Below are positions 49,229 through 58,298 of a DNA stretch of 64,000 bases, in pieces (position 1 is the first letter of the stretch; each line of letters starts with the position of its first letter). The notes under the pieces are model-generated. The model was not told where the DNA came from, did no database searches, and saw only the letters and a list, made by a program, of their open reading frames with translations. A program made the position numbers and the translations under genes. Source of the DNA: a virus; IMG/VR virus record IMGVR_UViG_3300021226_000189; one strand, given 5' to 3'.

Positions 49229-51018
49229 TGAGAAACAGAATCGAAATATTAAGAGCAATTTGTTTCAGTAAGGAAGATATTAGCACCTACACTGATCTAC
49301 CAGTTGATTTCACCGAAATTGAAATAGAATTCATGATCGAATTTAAAAAAGTTTATGAATTGGGAGTGAAACAGTTGGAAAAGTTTATGAAAAAATTGGA
49401 TTCTGAGGGTTTTAACTTAGAACCATACGATATTCAATATTACGTCAAACAATTATTAAATGGTCCTTATTCAAAATATGTTAAAATATTAGGAAGAGAT
49501 AAAAAATACTTTTCAAATACACCAGATTCGTTGGGTGTTTTATGTAATCATGAAGTAACCAACGCCAATACTACATTATATCAAGATGATGAGTATCCTG
49601 TGAATGTTCCTTCCGATGCTTACAATAAAGCTCCGTTGATGGTTAAAAATATTGTCGATATTTCAAATAAAACAGTTGAAGATATCTTCAGGTCATCTCT
49701 ACATTCAAGCTTAATATACGATAACACCTTACCTATTGTCGATAAAAAGAGTCAGACTAGATATTCTGACGAGAGAACTGGTTCTTGGCAGCAACAAGCA
49801 CACGGTAGCTACAATGTCAGAGATTCGTATTATCGCAAAAACATGGAGAATGTGAGGGAGAAAGTCGTCGATGCTGTTAAAAATGATATCGGAGATGAGA
49901 ATTTCCGCATTTATGGTGACAAAAAATTATATTCACCTTATGATCCTTATGCTAATGACGCTAAGACGGAAAATTATGCTTTCAATAAGAGGTTGAAGTC
50001 TAAATCTAATAACTGGAATTCTGGTATTAGTATTGGTGTCGGTGGAAACATGGATTTTGGTATAAGAAATATCATGAGAAATACCGCCAACAATATTAAT
50101 TACAGTATTAATAATAGCATCAACAATACTATCAACAATGTAATAGCAAATGGTATAAGTTCCAATCTAAATCTTAGATTGAATAGTAATATAAGTTCTT
50201 TTATTAGTTCCACTGCAAATAGTAATATCAGCTTATTGTTAAATGGGCAACTTAGTAACAACATAAACAGAGCTATTAATTTCGGTATTGGTTCGGGTGT
50301 TGGTCAGATTCTTAACGGAACTGTCGGCAACATAGTTAACAATAATGCTATTAGTAACATCGTTACCACAGGTATAAGTAGTGTCGGTGGAGTGGTTAAT
50401 AGAATTAGTGGATTTGTTGGAAATGGTGTGAATTCGATTAGTAATGGAGTTAATAATGCTATAAATAGTGGTATTAAATTGATCAATCCTAATCTAAACG
50501 CTGTTCAACTCAATTCTATCAATGCGGGAGTTACCAATTTCATCAGCACTGGTGTTAATACATTGATAGGAGCTGGTATAGGTCGTGTGGTTGGTTCTCT
50601 ATTCGGCTCAGGTTTCAAAAATTTCAACGGTGCTTTGAATGCGAGAGTTAATGCTGGTATTCAGAATGCTATAAGAAAAGGCGTTGGTTTTATTACAAAT
50701 TCTGGGTTGAATAGTAATATCACATTTAATGTTCCAAATTTTAATATTAGTAATAATTTTAATAATAGAGTGGGTGGTAATTTCAATTCTAGAGTCATTT
50801 CTCGAATTAATAACATTAATAGACCAAATAATACTTTAGCCACACTGAACACTTCTCAATCGAATTTTGTTTTTGAAAGTGGATATGATTACGCTACCAT
50901 ACCTGAAGACATTTTTGGAAATGTTTTTGAACAGCAAAATGGAATGGTGCAAATCAATAAAATTGACAAAAACCGTAGATATTCATTGAATAACAATCGC
51001 GGAAGATTAAATTCTTAA
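49228..51018 (+). CDS. hypothetical protein with long Asn/Ile/Ser/Gly-rich region
   Basis: 596 aa; low-complexity region about 50011-50865. Confidence 0.6.
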   Translation: MRNRIEILRAICFSKEDISTYTDLPVDFTEIEIEFMIEFKKVYELGVKQLEKFMKKLDSEGFNLEPYDIQYYVKQLLNGPYSKYVKILGRDKKYFSNTPDSLGVLCNHEVTNANTTLYQDDEYPVNVPSDAYNKAPLMVKNIVDISNKTVEDIFRSSLHSSLIYDNTLPIVDKKSQTRYSDERTGSWQQQAHGSYNVRDSYYRKNMENVREKVVDAVKNDIGDENFRIYGDKKLYSPYDPYANDAKTENYAFNKRLKSKSNNWNSGISIGVGGNMDFGIRNIMRNTANNINYSINNSINNTINNVIANGISSNLNLRLNSNISSFISSTANSNISLLLNGQLSNNINRAINFGIGSGVGQILNGTVGNIVNNNAISNIVTTGISSVGGVVNRISGFVGNGVNSISNGVNNAINSGIKLINPNLNAVQLNSINAGVTNFISTGVNTLIGAGIGRVVGSLFGSGFKNFNGALNARVNAGIQNAIRKGVGFITNSGLNSNITFNVPNFNISNNFNNRVGGNFNSRVISRINNINRPNNTLATLNTSQSNFVFESGYDYATIPEDIFGNVFEQQNGMVQINKIDKNRRYSLNNNRGRLNS

Positions 51019-51479
51019 ACGTCGATTGTTGGCGGTGTGTCTTTTTGATTCAACAATTTGATAATATCGTTTCTAGTGAAAGTTAATTTCGGAGTATTGT
51101 TTTCCTCCTCTTCCCTGATAATTTTGGCTTGGATATTCATCTGAGTGATTTCTTTCTGTGCCTTGATTTTATCTTCCGATATTTTTAACTTGGAGAGTGC
51201 ATCAATTGCTGATGTGGTGGCTTTCACCAATTCTGACACAGATTCGATCAATTTGGAATCAGCACCAGCAAGAACTTCTAATTTGAGATTCTCAACCATT
51301 TCCAACGAATGATTCACAACTTTACCAGCGTTGGTGATGACAAATTCTTCCAAATCTTCTTTCTTGAGATCTGGTTTATCTTTTGGTAATTGATTAACAA
51401 TTTTTGATTGATTTTTAATTTGAGAAATAATATCATCTACCTCTGCATCCAAAAAATCATCATCTTCGTCGTGATCCAT
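51015..51479 (-). CDS. putative terminase small subunit (gp16-like)
   Basis: Acidic N-terminus, ESVSELVK...ID.L..L helices, C-terminal FTRNDIIKLL; tattta 51485-51490 fixes start at 51479. Confidence 0.5.
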   Translation of the reverse strand: MDHDEDDDFLDAEVDDIISQIKNQSKIVNQLPKDKPDLKKEDLEEFVITNAGKVVNHSLEMVENLKLEVLAGADSKLIESVSELVKATTSAIDALSKLKISEDKIKAQKEITQMNIQAKIIREEEENNTPKLTFTRNDIIKLLNQKDTPPTIDV

Positions 51480-51493
51480 ATTGATATTTATGC

Positions 51494-51521
51494 TTGACAT
51501 TCTATAAATCAACGATAAAGT
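51494..51521 (+). promoter_or_regulatory. possible sigma70-type promoter for rmlB
   Basis: TTGACA 51494-51499, 16 nt, TAAAGT 51516-51521. Confidence 0.45.
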
Positions 51522-51530
51522 AATGGAAAT

Positions 51531-52496
51531 ATGGTAGATTTAACAAACAAAACGATACTTGTCACGGGTGGTGGTGGATTTATTGGTAGTAATTTTATTG
51601 AAATGGTGTTGAAAAAATATTACTACTGCAACGTCATAAACATTGACAAGCGTGGTATTGGTTCAAGGTCTTTGATAGACGAATCTTATAATTGGATTGG
51701 AACACAGCGAAGAAATCTATATTATGAATATATGGAAAACTTGATGTATTTAGATTTATCCTTGAGTCGAACTAAACAATGGAAATTCGATTACATCTTC
51801 CATTTTGCTGCTGAATCCCATGTTGATCGTAGTATCAATTCCCCTGAAGCATTTATTGAAAACAATGTGATGGGTATGGTATCTCTATTGGAGTGGGTGC
51901 GAAAATATCAATCTCAAGCAAAGGTTATTAATATCTCTACGGATGAAGTGTTTGGTCATTTGAATGCGAATGATCCTGCTTTCACTGAAGAATCACCATT
52001 TAATCCAAGAAGTCCTTACGCTGCATCCAAAGCATCCGCTGATCTGATTGCCAATGCTTACGTTACCACTTATGGTTTGGATATCACTACGACACATTGT
52101 TGTAACAATTTTGGCAAACACCAAGCAGATGAAAAATTTATCCCCACTGTAATCCGCTCTATTGTGAGGGGAGAACCTATCCCTGTCTATGGAACAGGTG
52201 AGAACATTCGGGAATGGATTCATGTCGAAGATCATAACAAATGGTTGCTTGAAATTGCTGGTAATCATCACTGTTCTACAAATATTGGGTCGGGGATTGA
52301 AAAAACAAACCTTGACATGATCAAAGATATTGGTAATATATTGGGAGTGGAACCCCAAATTAAATTCGTCGAAGATAGAAAAGGACATGACTTCCGTTAT
52401 GCTATCGAATCTTATATTCCATTTGAATTGAGAAATCACGAAGAAGCTCTTAAAGAAACTGTTGAATTTTACAAAAACAAATACCAAGTGGTCTAA
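51531..52496 (+). CDS. rmlB: dTDP-glucose 4,6-dehydratase
   Basis: TGGGGFIGSN, HFAAESHVDRSI, STDEVFG, SPYAASKAS, DRKGHD.RY. Confidence 0.95.
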   Translation: MVDLTNKTILVTGGGGFIGSNFIEMVLKKYYYCNVINIDKRGIGSRSLIDESYNWIGTQRRNLYYEYMENLMYLDLSLSRTKQWKFDYIFHFAAESHVDRSINSPEAFIENNVMGMVSLLEWVRKYQSQAKVINISTDEVFGHLNANDPAFTEESPFNPRSPYAASKASADLIANAYVTTYGLDITTTHCCNNFGKHQADEKFIPTVIRSIVRGEPIPVYGTGENIREWIHVEDHNKWLLEIAGNHHCSTNIGSGIEKTNLDMIKDIGNILGVEPQIKFVEDRKGHDFRYAIESYIPFELRNHEEALKETVEFYKNKYQVV

Positions 52497-52523
52497 ATAA
52501 AGAAAGAATAACATATAAAAAAC

Positions 52524-53612
52524 ATGGATATCAAACAAGAAGTAATCGACGCACGTATCAATAAAGGATGGACATTCTCCGCAATTTACGATACATATGG
52601 AGTCCCTAAGAGTACTGCTCAAGGATGGTTGAAAAAACACTTTGACGAAAGCGTTGAAGAAGATGTTGTGGAAACCCCCACACCTTACCAAGAATATAAA
52701 CAGGGTTATGTGGTGGAAACCATGCAGCGAGAAAAACCACAAAAATTCAAAAAGACTGAAGATGAAGTCTTTGCTTTTCTTGAACAACTTGCTCCTATTA
52801 AAGTTGATGGTTTGAATAATAATTCTGTATCCTATGGTTTGAATGAATATGCGGTTGTTGGGTCTGATTTCCATTTTGGTTGTCATGATGAATCAGCTAT
52901 TAATATCTTCCTTGAAACGATTGCTGAATTACAACCAAAAACGATTGTGTTGAACGGTGATACTATGGATATGCTCGCTATTTCCAAATATCCAAAAGAT
53001 ATTAAAAAGCATTGGAGTCTTTTGGATGAACGTAAAGCTTACCACCAATTCTTGGACGATTTAATTTCGGTTTCGAATGGTGCTAAAATCTATGAGACTG
53101 TTTCTAATCACAGTGGACAATCCATTGATGGTAGATGGAGACGTTACCTCTCTGATCGTTTGGGGGAACTTGGTTGCCTTCCAGAGATTACTGATAAATT
53201 GAGTTACCAGAACGTGTTCATGGGTGACTATCAAAATCATGTAGAACATGTTGATTATGTAGACCTGAATGGATTGATCGTAACACACGGAACAACGGTG
53301 CGCGGTGCAGGAGGCGCATCTGCTAAAGGGGAGATTGAAAAGTGGCATACGAGTATCTTACATGGCCACACACATCGCTGTGGGCAGACTTTGAAACGTG
53401 TTCCAGCAATTGGTAATCGCGGTGAGAAGCAGATTGTAGGTATAGAATCGGGGTGTCTTTGCTCTCTCGATGCTGCATACGGTTCCGCTATGAATTGGAA
53501 TCAGGGGTTTGGTATCGTTGCTTTGGGTAATGAATCTTTCGGATATGAGCAAGTATTTGTGAATAATGGCATTGCAAACGTGGCATCACTTGGAAAAACT
53601 ATCAGAGGGTAG
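52524..53612 (+). CDS. calcineurin-like metallophosphoesterase with N-terminal HTH
   Basis: GSDFHFG, LNGD..D, SNH, THG, HGHTHR. Confidence 0.85.
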   Translation: MDIKQEVIDARINKGWTFSAIYDTYGVPKSTAQGWLKKHFDESVEEDVVETPTPYQEYKQGYVVETMQREKPQKFKKTEDEVFAFLEQLAPIKVDGLNNNSVSYGLNEYAVVGSDFHFGCHDESAINIFLETIAELQPKTIVLNGDTMDMLAISKYPKDIKKHWSLLDERKAYHQFLDDLISVSNGAKIYETVSNHSGQSIDGRWRRYLSDRLGELGCLPEITDKLSYQNVFMGDYQNHVEHVDYVDLNGLIVTHGTTVRGAGGASAKGEIEKWHTSILHGHTHRCGQTLKRVPAIGNRGEKQIVGIESGCLCSLDAAYGSAMNWNQGFGIVALGNESFGYEQVFVNNGIANVASLGKTIRG

Positions 53613-54242
53613 AAACTCCCATTTATATCCTTTATGGGAATTCGTACAACCTCTACAAACATTTCCAACTTGTTTAGGTGTGAACCCACCTTCTTTTGTT
53701 GAAGCTACAGATTCCCATTTTTTCACAATTTCCCCATTTATGGTTTTCTGTAAAACTGGTTTATAAGAAACAATATTTTTCCTGCCGATATTAGATGATC
53801 TAATTTTTTCTACATGTTCTGGTGATAATTTTTTTCCTCTATGAGCGGCTGCGATTTTATCTTTGGTTTCTTGAGAAAGTTTTTTACCTATCATAGAAAG
53901 TCTTTGTTCTTCTTTCATTCTCCTTCCAATTATTCTACGTCCACTTGTCCCTTCCCCGCCGTTAGTTAAATTCACCAATGTTCCTTCATTTAAATCTTTT
54001 CTACCATATAATTTTATAAATTCTTTTTCTTTTTTGAAAAGTTCATCTTTGGATAATTCATCCATCAAGATCTCAACTTCAAATGGAGTATTTTTAATAA
54101 CGTTTTTCCAAAACACGCTTCTTTTATAAGAATTATAAGCTCTTGAATATCTATGCCCATATTTCCTATGAATACCAATTCCAATATAAAATACTTCATT
54201 CGTGTCTAGCCTTACATGTCTATATAGATAACCTGTGGTCAT
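53586..54242 (-). mobile_element. free-standing GIY-YIG-type homing endonuclease with NUMOD3/NUMOD1 repeats
   Basis: GYLYRH...FYIGIG, LVNLTNGGEG, KLSQETKDKI..AH.GK, KPVLQ...G..V..W.S; own TAAATA (54248-54253). Confidence 0.8.
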
Positions 54243-54335
54243 ATATTTATTTAGTTAAAAATTCAAAAATAAACCAATTTACAAGAGTTCCATATTATGT
54301 GTTTACATTTTAACGATTTGTGGTTAAATAATCAC

Positions 54336-55205
54336 ATGGATTCTTTTGATATATTTTTTGAAAAACGTGAGAGAAATCGACTCCGTAAACAGGAGTTGGA
54401 AGATATTGGTAAAATCAATAATAAAGATTGGGTCGAGCAAGAAAAGAAAAATTTACCTCCTGTTGAATTGGAAAAAATTAAAAAAATGGAAGAACTACAA
54501 GTTCCTCCCGAATTAATTAATAAATTCAAAGAAGGTAAATTAAAAGAACATGAGAAAAAATTATCTTCCGAATATCTAATAGGAAAAGAGAATAAAGATC
54601 TTGTTTTTAGAGATAATTACAGAAATGTTAAAATTTATACTGATCAATATGTGGTGAATGTGGATAAATCTGTGAAAAGAACTTTTTCGACCGTTTTTAC
54701 TATGATGACTACTTTGAAAGACATAATGCCTACTAGAGGTTTCAGTGTCATAATTACCAATTCTGATAAAAACCCCAATTTTCCAAAGGTTAAAGCACTT
54801 GGAGATGGAAGTAAATCTCTTGCTTATTATACAAGAAATAAAATTTATGTCGATGAATTAGACCCCATTGATGCTTCTACTTTATTACATGAATATGCAC
54901 ATTTATTGGCGGATAGAGTTCCTAAAAATGTTGAACGTATGATAAGACGTGAATACGAAAAAATGATAAACGGCTATTTTACCAGTGTTACGGGAAAAAG
55001 AAGTAGACGAAAAAATTTAGAAGGTAAAAGAAATGCGATTAATAGGGAAAAAGTAGCAGAAGCTTTGGGACTTCCAAACGATTATGCTGCGACAAATTTT
55101 GATGAATGGTTCGCTGTTTTAATCGAACATTGGAAACAAATGAGAAATAATATGCATACTTACAAATTTAAACAAATATTGAAAAAAGTGATTACGAGAT
55201 TATGA
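54336..55205 (+). CDS. putative zinc metallopeptidase (HExxH) with propeptide-like leader
   Basis: LLHEYAH and TNFDEWFA; MDSFDIFFE start after TAAATA 54325-54330. Confidence 0.6.
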   Translation: MDSFDIFFEKRERNRLRKQELEDIGKINNKDWVEQEKKNLPPVELEKIKKMEELQVPPELINKFKEGKLKEHEKKLSSEYLIGKENKDLVFRDNYRNVKIYTDQYVVNVDKSVKRTFSTVFTMMTTLKDIMPTRGFSVIITNSDKNPNFPKVKALGDGSKSLAYYTRNKIYVDELDPIDASTLLHEYAHLLADRVPKNVERMIRREYEKMINGYFTSVTGKRSRRKNLEGKRNAINREKVAEALGLPNDYAATNFDEWFAVLIEHWKQMRNNMHTYKFKQILKKVITRL

Positions 55206-55375
55206 AAAAACAATTCGATTACGGGAATTATATCATTTCCTATAGAAAAGAAAAAGACGGTCTTCTCCATTTCTTAAAGAAGAACATCGCCACGTTGGAT
55301 GACGCTTTGAAAGAGCATCATAAATTACAAGATTTAGGTTATCATGATGTTTTGATTAAAAAATTTAGAAAATGA
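55202..55375 (+). CDS. hypothetical protein (57 aa, not in track)
   Basis: MKKQFDYGNYIISYRKE...; ATGA overlaps at both ends. Confidence 0.6.
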   Translation: MKKQFDYGNYIISYRKEKDGLLHFLKKNIATLDDALKEHHKLQDLGYHDVLIKKFRK

Positions 55376-55560
55376 AATACACAGGTAATATTAATAGCTA
55401 CACCTTTATTATGAAGGAAGGTGATGATGTAATCGAGGTATGGTCAGATATGGATGCGGAATTTCCAGAATCATATATCTACCTAAAAGAGGGTGAAATT
55501 AAGAGTGAGCGTCATTTCCACATGGAGATATCGGATTGGTGGATGCGAAATAAAAACTAG
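55372..55560 (+). CDS. hypothetical protein
   Basis: 62 aa; TAG stop inside AAAAACTAG motif. Confidence 0.6.
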   Translation: MKYTGNINSYTFIMKEGDDVIEVWSDMDAEFPESYIYLKEGEIKSERHFHMEISDWWMRNKN

Positions 55561-55568
55561 CTTACAAT
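55552..55568 (+). promoter_or_regulatory. class II promoter AAAAACTAG-ct-TACAAT
   Basis: 8 nt before ATG 55577. Confidence 0.7.
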
Positions 55569-55576
55569 CGGTTGCG

Positions 55577-56137
55577 ATGGACAAACATTACAAACACATC
55601 GTTGACGATACAAACGGTAAAAGCAGTGAAGAACTGAGAACTGATATTTTAAAAGAAATTGACGAAGCTATTGTGGCCACCTCGGATGAAGAGTTGGCAG
55701 AATATTTCCAAATGAGAAAAGTTGATTACTCTATGAAAAAAGTGATTTTGATTAGAGCAGTCAGCGGTGCTGGTAAATCAACTTTTGCTGAAATGCTTGC
55801 ACCTGATTTTTATATCTGTTGTGCTGATGATTTCTTCACAGACGACCAAGGTAATTACAATTTCGATGCTTCCAAGCTTGGACAGGCTCATAAAGCTTGT
55901 CAAGAAAAGTATCTCAAATTGGTGGATCATCCATATATAGATCTTATTGTTGTTTCAAACACGAACACGAAAGAATCTGATTATAAGTTTTATCTTGACG
56001 AAGCGGAAAAGCGTGGTATTATGGTTTTCTCGTTGGTGCTTGAGAATAGGCATGGTGGTAAAAACTTACATGGAGTACCTGACCATGTGCTTGAGCGTCA
56101 GGAACAGAATATTAAAAACAGCTTAAAATTGCGATGA
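55577..56137 (+). CDS. P-loop kinase (AAA_33 / polynucleotide-kinase-like)
   Basis: LIRAVSGAGKST, CCADDFF, VSNTNT, ENRHG..N.HGVP. Confidence 0.8.
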   Translation: MDKHYKHIVDDTNGKSSEELRTDILKEIDEAIVATSDEELAEYFQMRKVDYSMKKVILIRAVSGAGKSTFAEMLAPDFYICCADDFFTDDQGNYNFDASKLGQAHKACQEKYLKLVDHPYIDLIVVSNTNTKESDYKFYLDEAEKRGIMVFSLVLENRHGGKNLHGVPDHVLERQEQNIKNSLKLR

Positions 56138-56298
56138 ATAAGAATCAACAACTCGTTCTTACTTGCCTTCAAATCAATTTGAAGAATGCTAAGACTCCTG
56201 CTATGCGTAAACACGTTCAAGACCAGATAACATCATTTAAATTATATTGTAACCCAAAACCTAAACCACAACGTCCAGCTTGGTTGGACAAATTTTAA
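56134..56298 (+). CDS. hypothetical protein (54 aa, not in track)
   Basis: MNKNQQLVLTCLQ...WLDKF; ATGA overlap. Confidence 0.55.
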   Translation: MNKNQQLVLTCLQINLKNAKTPAMRKHVQDQITSFKLYCNPKPKPQRPAWLDKF

Positions 56299-56302
56299 CA
56301 AA

Positions 56303-56521
56303 ATGAGCGAACAACGATTAGATGACAAAGCAGAGCTTGAAAAGACTCTCGTAACAAAGGGTGATATTGACTGGGATAAGCTTGTCATGACAAATAACAT
56401 TTCACTAACCTACTCGTTTCTGGAAAGAAATAATCTTAGTATTGAGTTTGAAAATCGTGATGCTTTGCTCGAAGAGCTATGTCAAAAAGTTTTTGGCGCG
56501 AAACCAATTTATAAACAATAA
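56303..56521 (+). CDS. hypothetical protein
   Basis: 72-aa ORF in operon. Confidence 0.55.
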   Translation: MSEQRLDDKAELEKTLVTKGDIDWDKLVMTNNISLTYSFLERNNLSIEFENRDALLEELCQKVFGAKPIYKQ

Positions 56522-56526
56522 AAAAT

Positions 56527-56814
56527 ATGGAATTCCTAAAACAAAACCTATCAGAAATCTGGCTACCAGTAATCGAGCAATTTCCGAAAATATTCCTCGA
56601 ACCATCACCATACGTTCAAGGTCTTTATGAAAAATATTACAAAGACGAAGGCATCAAGAAAGAAGACTTGGTGAACTTGCGTTATGGCTTTGAACACGGT
56701 GTCGGTTGGAAAGATATTGTTATCGGCTTTTGTGAAGATATGCAAGCTCTTGCTATTGGACCTCACTGGGATGAGGATTTTGTTGGAGTAACCGATCAAT
56801 TAAAATTATTTTAA
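56527..56814 (+). CDS. hypothetical protein, possibly truncated/chimeric
   Basis: GFEHGVGWKDIV motif but no downstream KEKFG-type half. Confidence 0.5.
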   Translation: MEFLKQNLSEIWLPVIEQFPKIFLEPSPYVQGLYEKYYKDEGIKKEDLVNLRYGFEHGVGWKDIVIGFCEDMQALAIGPHWDEDFVGVTDQLKLF

Positions 56815-56815
56815 T

Positions 56816-57397
56816 ATGGAAAACAAAGAAATCAACATTGCTATTGCGAAAAAATCTGGATTCTCAGTGTTTACGCCAAAAATAATTTTGAGCGAGTATT
56901 TCCCAAATTATGGATACTCTATCAAAAATCATCAAGAAGTAGATAAAGAAATCTGCTACATGCTGGCAAAATCAGGAATACATAAAGATTATTGGGGTGG
57001 GCGGAAAGTTGTAACTTTCTTACTAAAAGATGGTTTGATCTGCGTAAGTTCAGTAACTAGGAAAAACGAGCTGATTGCGCCAGGGAAAAACATCCCACCT
57101 TTCATGCGCTCCGAAATCCCAGTGCATATTAACAGAGATTTCATCCGAAAAGAGGAGCATAAGAACGGATTCCAACTGGATGATTTCGCCGAGTATCTTC
57201 CAGATTACTGCTCTGATGCTAATGCCACACAAGACATTATTGATTCATTTACACGCAAGCAAACAATAAGTTACATTTCCCACCTATACGATATTGTAGG
57301 CGGCACAATGGATGATGCTGTTGTGGCGAGTCGTAAAGACAAAGCACTAGCTATATGGAAAACACTAAAAGAAGAATATGAGAGAACTAAAATTTAA
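56816..57397 (+). CDS. phage ABA-sandwich/NinX-like protein
   Basis: EINIAIAK ... LPDYCSDANA. Confidence 0.5.
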   Translation: MENKEINIAIAKKSGFSVFTPKIILSEYFPNYGYSIKNHQEVDKEICYMLAKSGIHKDYWGGRKVVTFLLKDGLICVSSVTRKNELIAPGKNIPPFMRSEIPVHINRDFIRKEEHKNGFQLDDFAEYLPDYCSDANATQDIIDSFTRKQTISYISHLYDIVGGTMDDAVVASRKDKALAIWKTLKEEYERTKI

Positions 57398-57842
57398 AAT
57401 TTGGGACAGACAAGCAAACAGATGGGCTGAGAATGATTGCTCACTTCATTGTTGCAGTAACTGGCAGATTGACCCATTTACGGGGCAGTTAACTGATTTT
57501 GTCAGTGCATTGGATAGTGACGAGGTAACACGCTATAACGCAGATCCTGCTCCTGATTATTATTGGAAAGATGGCAAGATCGTAAATGAGCCTCGATATG
57601 TATTGGTGCAATTTACGGGTATTAAAGACAAGAATGGAAAAGAGATTTACGAAGGAGACATCTTAATTTTTCGACCAGCGTATGACGAATCATTGGGAGG
57701 TCAATTCGGCAATGCTATTTTCTCGGTGTCTTTTAAAGACGCTTCTTTTAGATTTGGTGATGAGTTGGCAGATCAGGAGGGTGCTAATTATTATGAAGTC
57801 ATCGGCAACATCTTTGAAAATCCAGAACTATTAGAAGCATGA
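57378..57842 (+). CDS. YopX-family protein
   Basis: MRELKFKIWD...QFTGIKDKNGKEIYEGDIL...VIGNIFENPELL. Confidence 0.9.
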   Translation: MRELKFKIWDRQANRWAENDCSLHCCSNWQIDPFTGQLTDFVSALDSDEVTRYNADPAPDYYWKDGKIVNEPRYVLVQFTGIKDKNGKEIYEGDILIFRPAYDESLGGQFGNAIFSVSFKDASFRFGDELADQEGANYYEVIGNIFENPELLEA

Positions 57843-58267
57843 ACAGAGAAATTAAATTTAGAGTTTGGTGTCCTACATCAAAACATTTTTCGACTCAGCC
57901 TTGGCTTAGTTGTGATGGTTTAATGCTTAAATGGGAGCATACTGGAGATGCACAGACTCTTACGGACATAAGATTTGATAATTATGTTATCCAACAATAC
58001 ACTGGCTTAAAAGACAAGAATGGTAAAGACATTTATGAGGGAGATATTGTAAACATTTTAAAAGAGAATAAATGTTATCCCGTGAATTTCGGCAATTGCT
58101 ACGCTTCTGCTGATGACAACTATTGTGGAACAGAGTGTTTTGGATACCATATAGACGGACAAATTATGGGATCGCGCGAAAGAAATTGGGGAAATGGAGC
58201 ATTAATCACTGAAAATATGGAAGTTGTTGGCAATATCTTTGAAAATCCTGAACTATTGGAAAAATGA
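57839..58267 (+). CDS. YopX-family protein (paralogue)
   Basis: MNREIKFRVW...QYTGLKDKNGKDIYEGDIV...VVGNIFENPELL. Confidence 0.9.
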   Translation: MNREIKFRVWCPTSKHFSTQPWLSCDGLMLKWEHTGDAQTLTDIRFDNYVIQQYTGLKDKNGKDIYEGDIVNILKENKCYPVNFGNCYASADDNYCGTECFGYHIDGQIMGSRERNWGNGALITENMEVVGNIFENPELLEK

Positions 58268-58298
58268 AAAATAGATAGCATTTCTTGTTGAAAGATAT

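Noticed and set aside
51993-52886. 297-aa antisense ORF
   Set aside because: Shadow of rmlB and the phosphoesterase; no motifs and no promoter of either class.
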